Source: Candidatus Obscuribacterales bacterium (GTDB taxonomy: Bacteria; Cyanobacteriota; Vampirovibrionia; Obscuribacterales; Obscuribacteraceae). From it: a stretch of DNA of 64,000 bases. This document shows, piece by piece, positions 1-8,962 of the stretch. Numbering within the stretch: position 1 is the first letter of the stretch; every line of letters starts with the position of its first letter. The notes below the pieces were generated by a model. It saw only the letters and a program-made list of their open reading frames with translations. It was not told where the DNA came from and ran no database searches. Made by a program: the position numbers and the translations under genes. Location of the stretch: the NCBI GenBank assembly GCA_965228855.1, contig CBDDIJ010000005.1, forward strand, positions 256,001-320,000, in the 5' to 3' direction.

Positions 1-150
1 ATGATGGTAGCCCATCTTCTGGGAGGCGTAAAGCCGCTCCAAAAATCGCAAGTGGAAAAACTCATGGATATCGTCGGCGTTTATGGACTAAAAAAACCGG
101 CTTGTGCGCCTGAACTTTTAAAACCGGAAGCATGCGCGAAAGACGCGTAG
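1..150 (+). CDS. 3' end of a gene entering from the left edge (unknown product)
   Basis: Frame 1 is open from base 1 to TAG at 148-150 (..GVYGLKKPACAPELLKPEACAKDA*) and co-oriented with the next gene; no recognisable motif. Confidence 0.45.
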   Translation: MMVAHLLGGVKPLQKSQVEKLMDIVGVYGLKKPACAPELLKPEACAKDA

Positions 151-194
151 AGAGAATTCAAAGTTAGTACTGCTATTCAATCGGAGACAATTAC

Positions 195-857
195 GTGAGC
201 GAACCGCTTCATCCAATAGAGACCGTCACAACCGTATACCTGGTCAGGCATGGGCATACTGAGGAAACTGAAAAGGGGCGACTTTATAACGATCCTGCGG
301 TCGAAATAACAGCTCGCGGGAGAGAGCAAGCGCGCGCTGTCGGAATCTGGCTCAAGAAGCAAGCGCCCGATGTTCTCACCTGCAGCACCGCGCAGCGAGT
401 TCGCTCGACAGCGGAGATTATCGAAACTGAAATCGGACTGAAGGCCTTGCCCTTAGATGGTTTCAACGAATGGAGCGTTGGGGAGTGGGAAGGTCGCACA
501 TATGTCGACTTGAAAGAAAACGAGCCGGATGCTTACAAACACTGGAGTTCCAATCCTATAGAACATGCACCGCCGGGCGGAGAGTCAATAACGGACCTGT
601 ACAACCGCATCGCCGGACGTTTAAAGGACGTCATTCGAGACCACGAAGGAAAAACGATAGCTCTTGTCACGCATGCCGGAGTTATTCGGAGCATCCTGGT
701 TGAGGCGCTGGGCATGCCGTTGATAAACTTCTGGAGACTGTCAATTCCGACCGGATGCGTTTCAAAAATCGACTTCAGCGAAAACTTCGCAACCGTCCAC
801 TTCACAGCTTTGAGCCCCGAAAAAAATAGTCCCCAAAGTTTCAAGAAAGTTGGTTAG
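195..857 (+). CDS. Histidine phosphatase family protein (phosphoglycerate mutase/CobC-like)
   Basis: LVRHGHT catalytic motif, GEWEG, PPGGES, LVTHAGVIR. Confidence 0.9.
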   Translation: MSEPLHPIETVTTVYLVRHGHTEETEKGRLYNDPAVEITARGREQARAVGIWLKKQAPDVLTCSTAQRVRSTAEIIETEIGLKALPLDGFNEWSVGEWEGRTYVDLKENEPDAYKHWSSNPIEHAPPGGESITDLYNRIAGRLKDVIRDHEGKTIALVTHAGVIRSILVEALGMPLINFWRLSIPTGCVSKIDFSENFATVHFTALSPEKNSPQSFKKVG

Positions 858-893
858 AATAACCGGAGAGCTAATGCAACCCGGGGAATTTGC

Positions 894-3317
894 GTGGATC
901 TCAAAAATGGTTCGGTGATCGAGAACAAATTTGAGATTCTGGAACGCATCGGCGCCGGAGGCATGGGAACGGTTTATAAAGCCAAGGACCTGACCCTCCT
1001 TCGCACCTTTGTGCTCAAAATTCTATCGCCATCTTACAATTCGTCGAAAGCTTTCGTTCGTTTCCAGAATGAAGCGAAAGTCCTAGGGAAATTGCAACAC
1101 CCGGGAATCGCAGACATTTATGACGTTGGAGTCACATCAGAGGGTCTAGCCTACCTCGCCTTAGAATTTGTCGATGGAATCACACTCGATTCATTTATCG
1201 AAAGCGGTGAGCAGATTCCCCTCTCTCAAATCATTCAAATTTTCATCGAAATAGCCGACGCTCTTTCACATGCACACAGTGTCGGCATAATTCATCGTGA
1301 TATCAAACCTGCAAATATTATGATAGTGAAGACGGACGACGGTTTCTTCGCGCCAATTTTGCTCGACTTCGGCATCGCGAAATTTGATACCGCAGATGAT
1401 GCGGAGCAGCGGCTGACTGAAGTGGGCGCCATGCTCGGAAGCCCCTTGTATATGAGCCCGGAGCAGTGCAAAGGAGAAACAGTAACGGCCGCCTCCGACC
1501 AATACTCACTTGGATGCGTCCTTTTCGAATGGTTATCGGGAGAGCCGCCATTTCGTGGCGATACCGCATATGACACCGCTCTGCTTCACATCTCACAGGA
1601 CTGTCCTGATCCCGTAAGCGTGAGCACGATTCCAATTACGGCGGAACTTGGCGGCGTAATTCAAAAAATGCTTGCAAAAAACCCATCTGAGCGCTTCAAG
1701 GATGTCGACGAGCTCGTCAAATCACTGATTGAAATAAGAGAACTCGCGCTGGAGCAAGAAAACTCAGTATCGGCCCAGGACTCAGATCGGGAAACGGTTA
1801 TAGTCCAAAACATAAGAAAAAAGTCTATCTCACCGAAATGGTTGTTCCTCTGTTTAGGCTTGACCGTCTTGGGCGGGGTCGCGAGTTTCGAGACTATGAG
1901 ACGATGGCTAGTTCCAGAGAGAAGTAGCGTAGCAAGCTCATCCGATAGCGTCGAAAACCTTGAAGATATCGTCTTGCCCGAAGACACCCAAATTACACTC
2001 AAGTACTCGTTGATGAGTCCAAACATTTTGAATCAACTCTCGAAGAGAAACAATCTCACTAAAGTCGATCTCACTGATAGCGCCACTACGGATGACATGC
2101 TCAAAGTGCTGGCACCATCCAAGGATACGCTCCACGAGCTCATTTTGCGTGGAACAAGCGTAAAGTCACTATCCAACCTTCCTGTCCTGAAAAACATTCA
2201 ATGGTTGATTCTTTCGAATACAGAAGTGGACGATAAGGCTCTTTCCAATACAGTTCCACTTGAGAGACTCAACATTCTCGAAGTCGAGTCCTGCCCTAAG
2301 CTCACAAAGGCAGCTGTTAAGACGTTCGAAAAATACCCATTGGTCCGGTTAATCCTAGTAAAAGGTACGGACATTCAGAAAGAAGACATCGTAAAACTTC
2401 AAGAGCGGATGCCGAGGACGGTTTTCGCCCCTTTTCTCCGAAAGGCACCGGTCGAAGAAATGCGAAATAATGCCGTCGCTCAGTTTAAACAAGGAAATTT
2501 CGCAGAGTCTTTGATAATTTACGACAAGGCAATTGAGGCTCTCTGCAAAGCTCGAGGTAAAAACTGCGCTCAAGCTACCGATCTTCTGCTGGAGGCCGCG
2601 TCGGCAGCAGGGGCACTAAAACGCCCATCTCTGGCTAAAGCTTATATAGACAGGGCAGAGACATGTGCAAAAGAATTTCGCGCGCCCTGGCTTCAAATCA
2701 CGGTCTTAGGCGCAAAGATCACTTTCACTGCATCATTCGAACCTGATATAGCAAAACAGCTTGAGCTCCTTAAAGAACAACGGAAACTAATCGAGGAAGT
2801 TGGCCAGGAAAACAGTCAGCTTGGACGAGATAATATGTTTAGCATCGGAATGGTATTGAGCCAGCTAAAGAAGTTTGATGACGCCGGAAACATGCTGAAG
2901 AAATGCATGGAATTCGATCTTGCCGCATCAAAGAACCAAAGCACCCTTGAAAGTCTACGGAGTGCTGCATACCAAAATTACGGAAACGATTTAAACGGAC
3001 TTGGACGAATCGCAGTCGCAACTGGAGAATACGCAAAGGCCGAGCGTTATATAAGACGGGCATTGAAAATAGCCTCCAAAAACAAGAAGCCAAAGGTGTT
3101 TGCGCCACTATACAGTGACCTACATTCGGCCCTGGCAGGAGCGATTAACGCACAAGGTAGACATCGGGAAGCGCTCAAATACATGGAGGACGCGGTGGCT
3201 ATTTCCCGAGCAAACGGGCTAGTCGCACAAACAAAGCTGTATGAACACGCGCTGGAAGAAATCCGGAAACAGGTAGAGCATCTTCAAAACAAGGATGCAA
3301 CGAAAGAGGCTCGCTGA
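894..3317 (+). CDS. Membrane Ser/Thr protein kinase with C-terminal LRR-like and TPR regions
   Basis: IGAGGMGTVY, HRDIKPAN, DFG, GSPLYMSPEQ; TM WLFLCLGLTVLGGVA; LxxLxLxxTxV repeats; TPR-like helices at the C-terminus. Confidence 0.9.
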   Translation: MDLKNGSVIENKFEILERIGAGGMGTVYKAKDLTLLRTFVLKILSPSYNSSKAFVRFQNEAKVLGKLQHPGIADIYDVGVTSEGLAYLALEFVDGITLDSFIESGEQIPLSQIIQIFIEIADALSHAHSVGIIHRDIKPANIMIVKTDDGFFAPILLDFGIAKFDTADDAEQRLTEVGAMLGSPLYMSPEQCKGETVTAASDQYSLGCVLFEWLSGEPPFRGDTAYDTALLHISQDCPDPVSVSTIPITAELGGVIQKMLAKNPSERFKDVDELVKSLIEIRELALEQENSVSAQDSDRETVIVQNIRKKSISPKWLFLCLGLTVLGGVASFETMRRWLVPERSSVASSSDSVENLEDIVLPEDTQITLKYSLMSPNILNQLSKRNNLTKVDLTDSATTDDMLKVLAPSKDTLHELILRGTSVKSLSNLPVLKNIQWLILSNTEVDDKALSNTVPLERLNILEVESCPKLTKAAVKTFEKYPLVRLILVKGTDIQKEDIVKLQERMPRTVFAPFLRKAPVEEMRNNAVAQFKQGNFAESLIIYDKAIEALCKARGKNCAQATDLLLEAASAAGALKRPSLAKAYIDRAETCAKEFRAPWLQITVLGAKITFTASFEPDIAKQLELLKEQRKLIEEVGQENSQLGRDNMFSIGMVLSQLKKFDDAGNMLKKCMEFDLAASKNQSTLESLRSAAYQNYGNDLNGLGRIAVATGEYAKAERYIRRALKIASKNKKPKVFAPLYSDLHSALAGAINAQGRHREALKYMEDAVAISRANGLVAQTKLYEHALEEIRKQVEHLQNKDATKEAR

Positions 3318-3331
3318 AATGCGAGCCTCTT
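3304..3331. terminator. Hairpin between convergent genes, probable bidirectional terminator
   Basis: Perfect 11-bp stem AAGAGGCTCGC / GCGAGCCTCTT with a 6-nt loop, overlapping the kinase stop; U-tracts are weak. Confidence 0.6.
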
Positions 3332-3356
3332 GATAGATAGCAAGTGAAGTTGGAGC

Positions 3357-3812
3357 TTATTTGACGTCTGCCTTTTCTTTTGCCATCTCTTGCATGCGCT
3401 TCTTCATTTCTTCGGGTGCGACATCCTCTACGTGAGTGCCGATCCACCACTGGTTCCCGGACGAATCGATGACTCCGCCAGAGCGGTCACCGTAGAACTG
3501 ATCCTCAGGTTCTCTTATGGACTTGCCACCAGCAGCGATGGCTTGTTTATAAACCTTGTCGCAATCTTCCACATAAAGATACAACATCGTTGGCATAGAC
3601 GGATTCTTGTCGCAGGCTTCGCTCAACATAATATGTGAATTGCCGATCAACAACTCTGCATGACGAATCTTGCCGTCGTGATTTTTCATGGTATCCGAGA
3701 CTTCCCTGGCATCGAACGCTTTTTTCAAAAATTCGATCACTTTGTCGGCACCATCGCACACCAGATACGGTGTCACGGTGTGGTAGCCTTCCGGTATGTG
3801 TTTTACCGCCAT
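3357..3812 (-). CDS. VOC/glyoxalase family protein (PhnB-like)
   Basis: IPEGYHTVTPYL, HAELLIG, DQFYGDRSGGVIDSSGNQWWI; start set at MAVKH (3812) behind a GGAGGG RBS. Confidence 0.9.
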   Translation of the reverse strand: MAVKHIPEGYHTVTPYLVCDGADKVIEFLKKAFDAREVSDTMKNHDGKIRHAELLIGNSHIMLSEACDKNPSMPTMLYLYVEDCDKVYKQAIAAGGKSIREPEDQFYGDRSGGVIDSSGNQWWIGTHVEDVAPEEMKKRMQEMAKEKADVK

Positions 3813-3885
3813 TTGCTTTCCCTCCGATGAGTTCATAGGAGTTATAGCAATTGCGTGCTCGTTTCGCGCAAAAGGTAATGAAACT

Positions 3886-4863
3886 TTAGCCTTGCTTTTC
3901 ACCGACAGTAACGCTGACCGTCACTGGCTTGATCTTTCTTTTCACTTGCGCCATTTGGACTCCGACCAACACCAGTACAACGCCCAAACCCTGGAACAAA
4001 GTCAAAGGTTCGCGGAGGATCAGCGCGGCAGCAATAATTATTGCGGGCCGCTGCAAGATGTTTATGATCGAAATTCTGGTAGAGCCTAATATGGAAAGTG
4101 CAAATAAGAAAGCAACGTTGGCGCAAGCAGAAGCAAGGCCCATCCAGGCACCGATGTGCCAGGCGCCGTCAGGAATCTTCCCGGCAAACGGGTAAAGAAA
4201 GGCAGCTACAAAAGCGCCGTTGATAAAGAACATATAGGTCGATATTAGTGCAGGAGAAAAGCGTTTCGCAGCCGCCTCCATTGTGACTCTATATGTGGTG
4301 CTAGTGCAGACGGCGCAGAATATAAGACTGAATCCGACAAGGCTCATGGACAGAGTGGACCAGTCCAAACCAAGACAGACACCGGTAAAGCAGAGAACGA
4401 AACCCGCCCAGAACTTCGGCGTCAGTTCATCCCTTCCAATTATCTGGTTGATTATGGCGACGAACGCCGGCGTCGTCGTGATGATTGTAATGACGAGAAC
4501 AGCGGAGATATGCTTCAGCGCGAATATGCTCAGAGCGCTCGTCGAGAGAAGAAGCATAGCGAGAAACGAAATACGGGCGAGATTCTTGAAGCCAACCCAC
4601 CGATAGGTTCTCGTCAGCGGCAAAATCAACATTGAACCGATGATCGTTTTCACAATCAACAAATGCAATGGAAGCAAATTTTGTTCATAACCGAGTTTTA
4701 CGACAATGGGCTCGATTGACGCAGACAAAATCGCCACCACCACACACATGGACGAGACGAGTTTGGAAGTTTCGAGTTTCGATTTAGGTTTTTCTTCGGT
4801 GGATGAAACTGCGGTCGACGCCTCTGTTGAATTTTGCGGAGGAGACATCAACAGTTTACTCAT
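3886..4863 (-). CDS. DMT/EamA family transporter
   Basis: About 10 hydrophobic helices in two repeats, LILREPLT..QGLGVVLVLVGV terminus; start overlaps the upstream stop (ATGAGTAA). Confidence 0.85.
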   Translation of the reverse strand: MSKLLMSPPQNSTEASTAVSSTEEKPKSKLETSKLVSSMCVVVAILSASIEPIVVKLGYEQNLLPLHLLIVKTIIGSMLILPLTRTYRWVGFKNLARISFLAMLLLSTSALSIFALKHISAVLVITIITTTPAFVAIINQIIGRDELTPKFWAGFVLCFTGVCLGLDWSTLSMSLVGFSLIFCAVCTSTTYRVTMEAAAKRFSPALISTYMFFINGAFVAAFLYPFAGKIPDGAWHIGAWMGLASACANVAFLFALSILGSTRISIINILQRPAIIIAAALILREPLTLFQGLGVVLVLVGVQMAQVKRKIKPVTVSVTVGEKQG

Positions 4864-6054
4864 AAATAGTGCGCAAAATCTCCGCGTGACTCATGCCGTT
4901 CCATCCGAGTTTCGCGAGAGTTCTTCCCTCGTTCTTAAAATCACGTCCGAGTAGAACGCTCGATATGTTGACTACAGAATCTACAATCGGAGTATCGAGA
5001 TTTGCTTTCCGCGCCAGCGCTTGAATCGGCACGAGCGAACAGGAGACGTCTTCTTCGATGAATCTATGATCGAGAGTATTCGGAGCCTTGCTGAATTGAT
5101 AGTTTGGAACAGTTCGCATCGCCTGCAATAGATTGCCGGAGGTGTCACAACCATAGTAACGGTTGAGAAGCTCTTTCATAGGAATAATTTCGGTTTCGTA
5201 AGCATGTGCGATTGCTCGAAATTCCTGTTCGAGCTGCTCCATAATTACGAGCGTGCGTTCCGTAAATCCTTCGTAGTAAAAGAGGAAATCGTCACCACGA
5301 GCTACATTATGCATATTTGTGATCATCGTGAGAGCGTGCGCGAAGGCACCAAAGTCGGTGAGTCCTCTTTGCACCACATTTTCCGCTTCTTCCAAACCGG
5401 GGAAGAAACGTCGCATGACAGCTGCGTTGCGCTGGGTCTGAGACTTGTTGTATGACGTATACAGATTCCAGCTTTTAAATCCTCTTATCCAGATCGAACC
5501 GTCATCTTGCAGACGACTGGCAAAAAGCGAGTCGGTTCCATCAAGGCTGGGTAAGTATTTCGGTGACCCAATGCGGTTTTAAACTCACAAACGCCACCAA
5601 ATTTACTGGAGAACAAAATCACTTCGTGATGTTCGCGAAGATGAGGGGCTAAACGTCTGGCAATCTCGCTATAACAACCGGTCGTCGTCGCGACGAAAAT
5701 AGTGGCGCATTTGTCGAGCATGGCTGCAGGTTCTGCAGTAGCCTCGACGATGTTGAACTCACCCTCGATCTTTCCAGTGGATTTGATCGTTTTTCGCTCG
5801 GCAAGTTCCCGAACCTTATCCGGCGAGCGGACGAGAACGTGGGGATGGAAGCCGCGGCTGGATAGCAAACAGGCTAACGAATGAGCGGCGTTTCCAGCGC
5901 CGACTATAGCGACGTGCCCCGCCTGCGGAGCCACTACCGTCGCGGCCGGCGCAAACGGTGCGACCGCAGCCGGAAGCATGGTCACGGCTGGATACGCAGA
6001 AAAATCCCCTGCGAGGGGGCTGAAATTAAGTGAGTCCGAAAAGCTCGTGGACAT
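4856..6054 (-). pseudogene. NAD/NADP octopine/nopaline (opine) dehydrogenase family gene split by a 1-nt frameshift near 5536
   Basis: N-half (ORF 5485..6261) has the Rossmann motif VAIVGAGNAAH; C-half (ORF 4856..5416) has HRFIEEDV..SLVP and GRTLAKLG; span is 1199 nt, and restoring one A (ATGGAACC to ATGGAAACC) gives a continuous 399-aa ORF. Confidence 0.8.
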
Positions 6055-6138
6055 TCTTATTTCCCAATCGCCTTGCCCAGTATATGCTTGCCGATTCCTT
6101 AAGGCAATCGAAAATTTGCGTTTCCGGTCACTTTTAAT

Positions 6139-6350
6139 CATTGCCACTATATGAGACAAGACTAAGAAACCTTCGAGCATTGCTACTATATGAGACAGGA
6201 CTTCGAATCCTTCGAAAGTCCTCTGCAGAGACACTTTCCAACATTTCCCTTCCAGAGTCACTAATTATTACTACTATATGAGACAGGACTTAGAATCCTT
6301 CAAAAGTGCTCTGCAGAGACACTTTCCAACATTTCCCTTCCAGAGTCACT
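6139..6350. repeat. Direct repeats: two 80-bp copies (6183-6262, 6271-6350) plus a partial third copy (6139-6176)
   Basis: The 80-bp copies differ at 3 positions; ACTATATGAGACA occurs at 6146, 6185 and 6273. Confidence 0.95.
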
Positions 6351-6522
6351 CCCTTTTGTCTATGGCTCGTTGACGAATTCTCGCAAATCCGGCAACGCAG
6401 GATAGCCAAAACGGGAGAGTGACTCCTCACTTCCTAATTGCAAATGAATTCCGACTACGAAGTCTCAGCCGTTTTCCAATTTTGATACTTCCGCCGAAGT
6501 CCAGATATTCAAATTATTAGGA
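6343..6522 (-). other. Two adjacent long imperfect inverted repeats (6343-6425 and 6432-6522)
   Basis: GAGTCACTC..GAGTGACTC closes an 83-nt hairpin with a GCGA loop on the minus strand; TCCTAAT..ATTAGGA closes a 91-nt hairpin that includes the aac stop codon. Confidence 0.7.
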
Positions 6523-7104
6523 CGGCGACGGAGTCACACGCTTCGCCATCATAATATCGGGCTTGCCGATTCCATTGGCGTCAGGCACAACGCCGACAAT
6601 TTTGAATCCCAAACGCTCGTAGAACGAGTACGGATGTTCCTTCAGATTGCGAATGTTCTGTATCTGCGTCCATAGATCGTCATAGAGATCAATGCCACCA
6701 AGCGTGGTTTGACTCTGTTCATCGTCGGTTCCCAGGATAATCGTCACACCGCCAGCGATGGCAACCGCTTTCTCCAATGCAGCAACGAGAGCGGCACCGA
6801 TACCACGTTTGCGGTATGCCTGGTCCACACACATTGGATGAAGCTCCCACACCTTTCCGTGATAGGAGCTGATACCGCCAATCCAACCAATGACACTACC
6901 TTCGGTGCCCAACGCGGCCAGGCAAATTCTATCCGGCGCGGTGCATTCCCGCACCTCTTCTCGCGCGGAATCCAAGGTAGGCCAGGCATCAGGCCAGTTA
7001 GCGCGAAAGCTCTCGTGCAGAACTCGTGCAGCATCTTCGAGCTGTTTAGCATCGCCGTTCCTGAGCTCAAGGACGCGGATATCCGCTGGTGTTCTATCGT
7101 TCAT
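6517..7104 (-). CDS. GNAT acetyltransferase of the aminoglycoside 6'-N-acetyltransferase AAC(6')-Ia/Ii family
   Basis: Family-typical WELHP, GTDDE, IQNIRNLKEHPYSFY, IVGVVPDANG.GKPDI.MAK. Confidence 0.85.
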   Translation of the reverse strand: MNDRTPADIRVLELRNGDAKQLEDAARVLHESFRANWPDAWPTLDSAREEVRECTAPDRICLAALGTEGSVIGWIGGISSYHGKVWELHPMCVDQAYRKRGIGAALVAALEKAVAIAGGVTIILGTDDEQSQTTLGGIDLYDDLWTQIQNIRNLKEHPYSFYERLGFKIVGVVPDANGIGKPDIMMAKRVTPSPS

Positions 7105-7276
7105 TCTAAGTGTCAATTTGTCAGGCAGCTATTAGTTGGAAACACACCAAAAGTCAATTCAAACGCATCGAGAGCCTGCGCGACGAATACTTCCCATTGT
7201 CCCAGATTATCGAGCGCCGGAACAAAAACTCTGTCAAGACGTTATAGTTAGTGGACGAGGTTATAGAGGACTTCAA

Positions 7277-7792
7277 ATGAGAACCAAGAATCTTTTCGCC
7301 CTTTGCCTTACGGCTCTATTAATAGCCGGCAGTGCTGGAGTCGCATTCGCTCAAGGCGGCGACGGGGGCGGACAAGGCGATCCAAATCAGGACCCACTTG
7401 CGGTCTATAGAATGTCGGGAATCAATTCCGAACAGGAAGAGCAAATTCGCAAGCTGGCGCATGATTTTGAAGACGCTCAGAGGGTTCGAGCGAAGTCACT
7501 TATTGCCTTGATGACCCAGATGAGAGTTCTCAGCTTACAGCCGGACCCGCCGGAAGAGCAGGTTCTGCTGACACAAACTGAAGTCAATAAAGTGACTGGC
7601 GATATGGCAATCGAGCGCCAAAAGCTTCTGTTGAAGGTTCGCAAAGTACTTACTCCTGAGCAGCGAAAAAAACTTGTATCAATCATGAGCCAACCACCCG
7701 CAGGAACAGGTGCTGGTGCAGGAACTGCTAACTCGGAGCGTCCCGCAAAAAATCGCGCTTCCGCCGAGCAGGGTGAAAGCGACGAAAACTAA
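7277..7792 (+). CDS. Spy/CpxP family periplasmic protein (LTXXQ motif)
   Basis: Signal peptide ending AFA; INSEQEEQIR and VLTPEQRKKL motifs; ATG 7277 behind an AGAGG RBS. Confidence 0.75.
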   Translation: MRTKNLFALCLTALLIAGSAGVAFAQGGDGGGQGDPNQDPLAVYRMSGINSEQEEQIRKLAHDFEDAQRVRAKSLIALMTQMRVLSLQPDPPEEQVLLTQTEVNKVTGDMAIERQKLLLKVRKVLTPEQRKKLVSIMSQPPAGTGAGAGTANSERPAKNRASAEQGESDEN

Positions 7793-7998
7793 CGGCGCCA
7801 GTCGGCGTTAACGTTACCCGTTAGTCGAAACCGTGATAACATCACGAAATAGCTTTTCTGTTGGCTTTCGCGAGGCGAAAACTGGCGGGAATATGTTCTA
7901 ATTGCTCTGGCAAAGTTCTGTCTCACTGCGGCACCCCGAAAGAAATGTCAGCCCCAGCCCTCACCGCGCAAAAGAATTTTTGGAAAAAACCGCTTACA

Positions 7999-8937
7999 AT
8001 GCGGATTTACACGATTGCAATTGCACTATCGCTGGTGCTCTATGCATCAAGTCTCACCGCCGAGGCTGAGAGCACGATGGATCCGGCGGCGTTCAATGAG
8101 CGGGTTTTGACGATCGCTGCGCAGGAATTTCCCAGCCTCCAGCTCCAGAAAACCGACGACCCGCTCGTTTTCACCGTCAATGACGGCAGCAAGCTATCCC
8201 TTGGGAATGTCTTCAAACTAATAACTCAGGAAACCGACCGCGGTAGCGAAGATGAGGAAATCAGGCGCTTCTTCAAAAGTATCTCTGAGTTGAAGGCGAA
8301 CCAGGAGAAATCAATTCGGGTGTCCTGGAATGAAGTAAAAAGCAGACTGCGCCCGCAGATCTTTCGTTCCAATCTATTGAAACAAAAGACTCAACACATG
8401 GTTTCACGTCCCCTGCCATTCTCCAAGACGTTGAGGGAAGGTTTCGTCATCGACTCAAAAAACTCGTTCCAGTACGTCACGCCAAAACACTTAACCAATT
8501 GGAAAGTGGACATCGATGCTGTGAGCAAATGCGCTTACGAGAACCTGGACAAGGTTTCCCAGGATTTGAAAATCGAATTTAATGATGCAGCAGGCAAGGA
8601 CGCAAAGGGTAAATACGTGACGATCTCAGTTTCCGACGGTTACGCGGCCGCGAGAATTTTGTTGCCGGAAATTCGAAAACGCCTGCAGCGAGATCTCGGC
8701 GAACACTGTTTCATAGCTATTCCCAACAGAGATTTTCTAATCGGATGGTCGCCGGATTTTACGCACAAGGAAAAATTTATCGCACAGGTTCGCAAGGACT
8801 ATGAGAGCCGACATCATCCTCTGACGCCGCAAATTTACGAAATGGAAGACAACAATATAGCCACAATAGCGGAGGAGAGCGCAGAGGCTTCAGATGCTCC
8901 ATCGCGCTCGAGAAAACATAGACGCCACCGCCAGTGA
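7999..8937 (+). CDS. DUF1444 (YtpQ-like) family protein with signal peptide
   Basis: DGYAAARILLP and FIAIPNRDFLI motifs; N-terminal signal ending AEA. Confidence 0.7.
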   Translation: MRIYTIAIALSLVLYASSLTAEAESTMDPAAFNERVLTIAAQEFPSLQLQKTDDPLVFTVNDGSKLSLGNVFKLITQETDRGSEDEEIRRFFKSISELKANQEKSIRVSWNEVKSRLRPQIFRSNLLKQKTQHMVSRPLPFSKTLREGFVIDSKNSFQYVTPKHLTNWKVDIDAVSKCAYENLDKVSQDLKIEFNDAAGKDAKGKYVTISVSDGYAAARILLPEIRKRLQRDLGEHCFIAIPNRDFLIGWSPDFTHKEKFIAQVRKDYESRHHPLTPQIYEMEDNNIATIAEESAEASDAPSRSRKHRRHRQ

Positions 8938-8962
8938 CACCACTCTCAACCAGGTTGCTTCT

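Noticed and set aside
6055..6261. N-terminal extension of ORF 5485..6261
   Set aside because: It only translates the DNA repeat (VLSHIVAM twice); the plausible start is ATG at 6054 or later
6139..6350. Repeats as a CRISPR array
   Set aside because: Units are tandem with no unique spacers, periods are unequal (39 and 88 bp) and there are no cas genes
6183..6350. Tandem glycine riboswitch (GACTCTGGA..GAAGGA resemblance on the minus strand)
   Set aside because: The conserved CCGAAG-GAGCA and CTCTCAGG elements are missing, and the two units are near-identical rather than diverged aptamers
7788..7826. ACTAACGG..CCGTTAGT inverted repeat at the Spy/CpxP stop as an attC site
   Set aside because: About 38 bp, too short for attC and without L boxes; more likely a terminator-type hairpin
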